This document shows positions 48,099 through 51,924 of a DNA stretch of 51,924 nucleotides, piece after piece. The notes under the pieces are model-generated. The model ran no database searches, was not told the DNA's origin, and saw nothing but the letters and a program-made list of their open reading frames with translations. The translations under genes were made by a program, and so were the position numbers. Each line of letters starts with the position of its first letter. Position 1 is the stretch's first letter. Source of the DNA: Catajapyx aquilonaris (taxonomy: Eukaryota); assembly GCA_000934665.2 (NCBI GenBank), contig KZ538714.1, forward strand, positions 1-51,924, in the 5' to 3' direction.

Positions 48099-48416
48099 TA
48101 CGCATTGATAAAGGACATGGGGCAAATCTTATGGGAAAAGTGGCGCCAGCTGGGATTTGGCTGAAACTTGGTCAGTTAATAGACCTTGACGTCAGGGTCA
48201 ATTGTTATGAAGGCCGAAGAAAATCTACCGTGCCATTTGGCCGCTAGAGGCTCAAAGTCGTAATTTCAGGTGTCTCCTATTGCTGGGCTCATTTTCATGT
48301 CTGTTGTAGAGTTTCATGAGCTGAGTCGAATGAGCCATGTGGCGATTTTCTGTGACTAACCATTTGGCAGTTATTGTTATGTTGCACTTACAATCCCACT
48401 CATGATCCCACTATAC

Positions 48417-49163
48417 CAGGGATTCCCAACCAGGGGTACCCGTACCCCCAGGGGGTTCAAGGTGGCCCTCCTGGGGTACGGAGCTAAGTACCCCTGAGTC
48501 CAAATTGAGCAATTTTGGACATAGCACAGCCCATAAGTGCTTGCACAAAGGAAAATATAGCTGGATTATAATCGAAACAATTACTTAATTTTCTTTCACT
48601 TCATCATATTCCTGGTCCCAAAATATAATAATAATAATAATGGATTAATAAGAATAATAATAATAAGAAGAAGAATAATAATAATCCGGGGTAGTGCTTG
48701 ACCTCATCTGAGGTATGCAGCACGGACCTTTATTATGTCAAGTACATTGGAGCCTTTATACGTAACACCCGGGCCCACGGGCAGGATGACAGGAGGGGAT
48801 GTGCAAGGTGCTGTGCAATATCTTATACGTGGCCATTTTTAGTGAATTCCCCCCGGGTGGTTTAGTCTGTGGAAATACCACCTGAGACGAAGCCAGAGGT
48901 GACCCTGAACTCTGCACGAGATGAAGGGGGTGTCCCTGGGTTGGGATCGAACCCGGGACCTTAACATCCGTGGGCGCATACGTTACCGCAGCACCACTCC
49001 GCCTCCCCTTGGTCCCAAAATATTTATTCTAAGGTAGTTATCACGTTATCACAGATTAGTTCAATATCAAGGATTCGGTAAATTTTTCATCCTGGTGGTG
49101 GGTACGAGAAGGACCAACTGCTCTCAAAGGGGTACGAAGGCCTGAAAAGGTTGGGAACCACTG
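48417..49163. mobile_element. hAT/Charlie-type MITE hosting a SINE
   Basis: TIR CAGGGATTCCCAACC / GGTTGGGAACCACTG; 8-bp TSD CACTATAC (48409-48416) / CACTAGAC (49164-49171). Confidence 0.88.
48627..49009 (-). mobile_element. tRNA-derived SINE (family A), full length, (TTA)n-type tail, 14-bp TSD
   Basis: On - strand: head GGGGAGGCGGAGTGGTGCTGCGG..GGGTTCGATCCC; tail repeat at about 48627-48685. TSD TGGTCCCAAAATAT at 48613-48626 and 49010-49023. Confidence 0.9.
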
Positions 49164-51504
49164 CACTAGACAGACCTCAAAGTCCGATGTTGAACTTGAT
49201 TGCGCATCTAGAGGCCAAATGGTTGGTCACAGAAAATGGCCACATGGCTCATTCGACTCGACTCAGCTCATGAAACTCTACAACATACATGAAAACGAGC
49301 CCGATAGGAGACACCTGCAGTTACGACTTTGGGTGCCTCTAGCGGCCAAACGGCACGGTAGATTTCTTCAGCCTTCAGAACGATTGACCCTGAGGTCTAT
49401 TAACAGGCCACGTTTCAGCCAAATCCCACTGGCGCCACTTATCCCATAAGATTTGCCCCATGTCCTTTGACCAATAGATTTTTAAACCACATACCAAGCA
49501 GCAAATAGGAAATAATCTTGTAAATGCCTTCATAAAGTAAAGTAAGTTCCTGACATCTGTTGGTACCTTCTTCAACTTCTCCTCCAAACACTAAGTTTAT
49601 CCATCTCTACCTCCTTCCCTCCTCTCTCATTCACCCTGCTCCAAAGGTCAATCCTTCAAACAGTTTCTCCCACATGATGAAAGTACTTGTGTTTCTTGAA
49701 TGCATTTTCCTTGTCTTCGTAACCCCTGCAATCCTGCTCACTACCAGATATCCTTCCCAGGAATATACTGTATATTCTTCAGGAAACTCCTTGTTCCATA
49801 TGCAGAGCTTGGGATCAACCTGCTGACTATTTTGAGCTGTGCATTAGATGGAGAGGATATGCCAGTGAACTGACAAAAATGCCACGAGTACACAGTTTTT
49901 AGTGACATTGTCCAGATGGATATTGGATGAAATGTGATTACTTACATGCAAAAAAGTTTGAAGATATTCACAGAACTGCAACATCTTCATTTTATTTATG
50001 TTATGCATGTCTTACATGTATAGTTTTCTGGCACACTTCACCACTGATATAGAGTACTTGTTACTATTGACCCTGTAAATTGGAAGTTTGGTCCAATAGT
50101 TGGAGATGTGTCTCAATAGTCTTGGGAAGGACACTCGAATAAACCATGCATTCCAACTTTCCAAATCATTCTTGCACCTTTTTCATTTGCCTACCCCTGC
50201 TATCCCATGGTTCTGGATATCAGCCACCCTCATGGCAGTTGGACCTGGTATGGTCTGCACAGGGCTTATGTTGGGAATATCTTATGGCTCTCCTATCATT
50301 TGGCTCTGGACCAATTGGGTCCACTGGTAGGTGGGACGTGCGGGTTTTTCACATGTTTTTACTTGGGACTTATTCACAATCATATTTGCATGCGGTTCAC
50401 TTTTATCCCAGTGAACCTTGTAGATCACGAGCTACTGTAAATAATGGCAACTTCCTTTGAAATAGGTTCTCGAAGTAACTTAACTCCCACATTTCCATTG
50501 TAAAGTTGCACAGAAAACTCGAGTAATCCATGAATCAGCTTGTCAGATCTGAAAGCTCACCAGAAGCTGAGAGGTAATGGTAACACAGGTTGTCAACAGA
50601 TTGCTGGTGCAAATGGACATAATTTGAAGGTTAGGCTGGATTGATTATGTTTTATGTATAATGTAAAATATGCTGTAAATGATATGAGTTTGTGGGATTG
50701 CACTATGTAACACATTTCATATCATGGGCATTCAGAAGAAATCCACAAAGTCCAAAAAAAACTGCCTTGAGATATGCTAGTGTAGATATGAAATCCTTGC
50801 TTGCTGGTTCATTATGACTCTCTAGCCCTAAATGGACCTGACCAAGAGATAGAGAAGAAAAAATGCTACTAGTGGTGTAAATAACCCCGAACCTCCAAAA
50901 TTGATCTTGGTGGATTTTTCCTGTGTGCCCTCAATATGACGGTTTCTCTGGGCTAATGGTGACGTAGCTTCAACAGCCACAGATATATATGTAGTCTTGT
51001 TCCTTATGTGTATGTAATTATTTCAGAAATTTATTTTGAATACTGGAAAGATTAATTTGTTAAGAATAAAGCATCATGCACATCAATAATTTCGTCATTA
51101 TTGTACTATTGGGAGTCCGGAAATTCAGATGATTGAATGCCTGTTTGGTTTGGTTTGCTATCAGAGCTTAAGAGTAACTAAGACATGACGCATAACTGCT
51201 TTTCAGGTGGGAATCGTGGGATGTAGTATTGTACAGTAGCCTACAGGAGCAACCTACTACTGATACTTTCTGGATTTTCAGGAAGTTTGATTTTGTTGTA
51301 ACCAGCTTTACATAATGCCACTGGAAAGCATAGTCCACGTTAGCTGTAGCCAAGAACTAAATGTGTCACTCTAGCTGAATGTGATATCCTTGCCCTTTCC
51401 TCGTCATGCCTTAAAACCCCTCATGTGGCCTTAAAAAGAGTGCCTCTTCATTCAAATGCACTTAACTGACTGGTTTACTATTGTACACTATAGAGACTAG
51501 AGTA

Positions 51505-51600
51505 CAGGGTCATCGAAAAAGAATGTCCCAATTTTAAAACATTGTCTGTCATGACATGACAGATATAACATGTCAGACATAACAGACTTGACTGATATGG
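51505..51600. mobile_element. Tc1/mariner terminal fragment
   Basis: TA-CAGGGTCATCGAAAAAGAATGTCCCAATTTT; opposite TIR not seen. Confidence 0.45.
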
Positions 51601-51924
51601 CAGCAGAGCTACTCTCTTCCGTCAATCTGGGATAAATGCCACAAAACACAACCAAACAGGCTGCCGTCTTCACCGTGTAAAAACCATAGCTGTTGGCCTT
51701 TTGGTGGGTACATTTAGTTGGGCGAGTAAGGAAAAAAAAACTGCACTTTATGAGGAGAACACCAAACTTGGCACAAATCATGTCAACACCTATTGTCAAC
51801 GTTTAGGAAGGGGAGCCACCTTATACCTGCTGTGTGGTGGTCTTGCATGGGTCAATAATGACACACCGGAGTGGGGAGACGACTGGGGGTTTATTGGTGT
51901 CTTTCTTATGGTAGGGGTATGGTG

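Larger units (their letters stand above)
48110..49468. mobile_element. Long-TIR element (arms about 255 bp) hosting a hAT MITE
   Basis: AAAGGACATGGGGCAAATCTTATGGGA ... TCCCATAAGATTTGCCCCATGTCCTTT; flanks GAT / GAC. Confidence 0.88.
46870..51924 (-). pseudogene. Decayed, apparently intron-containing ORF remnant, possibly a Zisupton/KDZ-type transposase
   Basis: Order on - strand: exon-like 51924-51827 (CAG|GTATAA) in phase with 51356-51168 (GCSCRLLY...C-x-H with frameshifts, SWIM-like); about 49820-49630 TVYSWEGYLVV..RKC..WEKLFEGL (CxC5-like); about 47210-47060 YAAHLWEALT..C..TCGTKPV. Many stops; interrupted by MITEs. Confidence 0.35.

Noticed and set aside
50100..50460. + strand hydrophobic ORFs as a membrane-protein exon
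   Set aside because: All three frames are open by chance, no family is recognisable, and there are no linked exons.
1..51924. CRISPR array, operon or other prokaryotic system
   Set aside because: No regularly spaced direct repeats with unique spacers. Genes are spliced, and the repeats are inverted TE termini.

Overview
Eukaryotic genomic DNA, most likely an arthropod or other invertebrate (inferred from 54-63 nt introns, invertebrate-type SNX8 and CMAS, and an arthropod-type Inr). The right part (about 24-52 kb) is a compact, CpG-depleted gene cluster: coding exon 1 of a USP31/43-like deubiquitinase (- strand, 26922-25969), a divergently oriented 5-exon CMP-sialic acid synthetase (CMAS/CSAS, 28934-33955, about 225 aa) and a 9-exon sorting nexin 8 (34165-45888, 519 aa). 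Their long introns are packed with fold-back MITEs (Tc1/mariner, piggyBac, hAT, PIF/Harbinger, unclassified) and tRNA-derived SINEs, several nested with visible TSDs. A probable fossil Zisupton/KDZ-type transposase lies on the - strand at about 46.9-51.9 kb. The left 24 kb (presumably USP31 intron 1) is CpG-rich. It holds one intact tRNA-Arg(CCT), a 283-N gap and many very eroded LINE/Gypsy fragments, and every retroelement coding fragment I could orient reads on the + strand. There is no CRISPR array or prokaryotic system. I see no clearly new biological system. The best leads are the one-strand retroelement graveyard and CpG boundary, an antisense TATA-Inr promoter pointing into a MITE hairpin array, the KDZ-like fossil, the in-frame USP31 uORF, and modular SINEs. 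All family assignments come from recalled motifs, not database searches.
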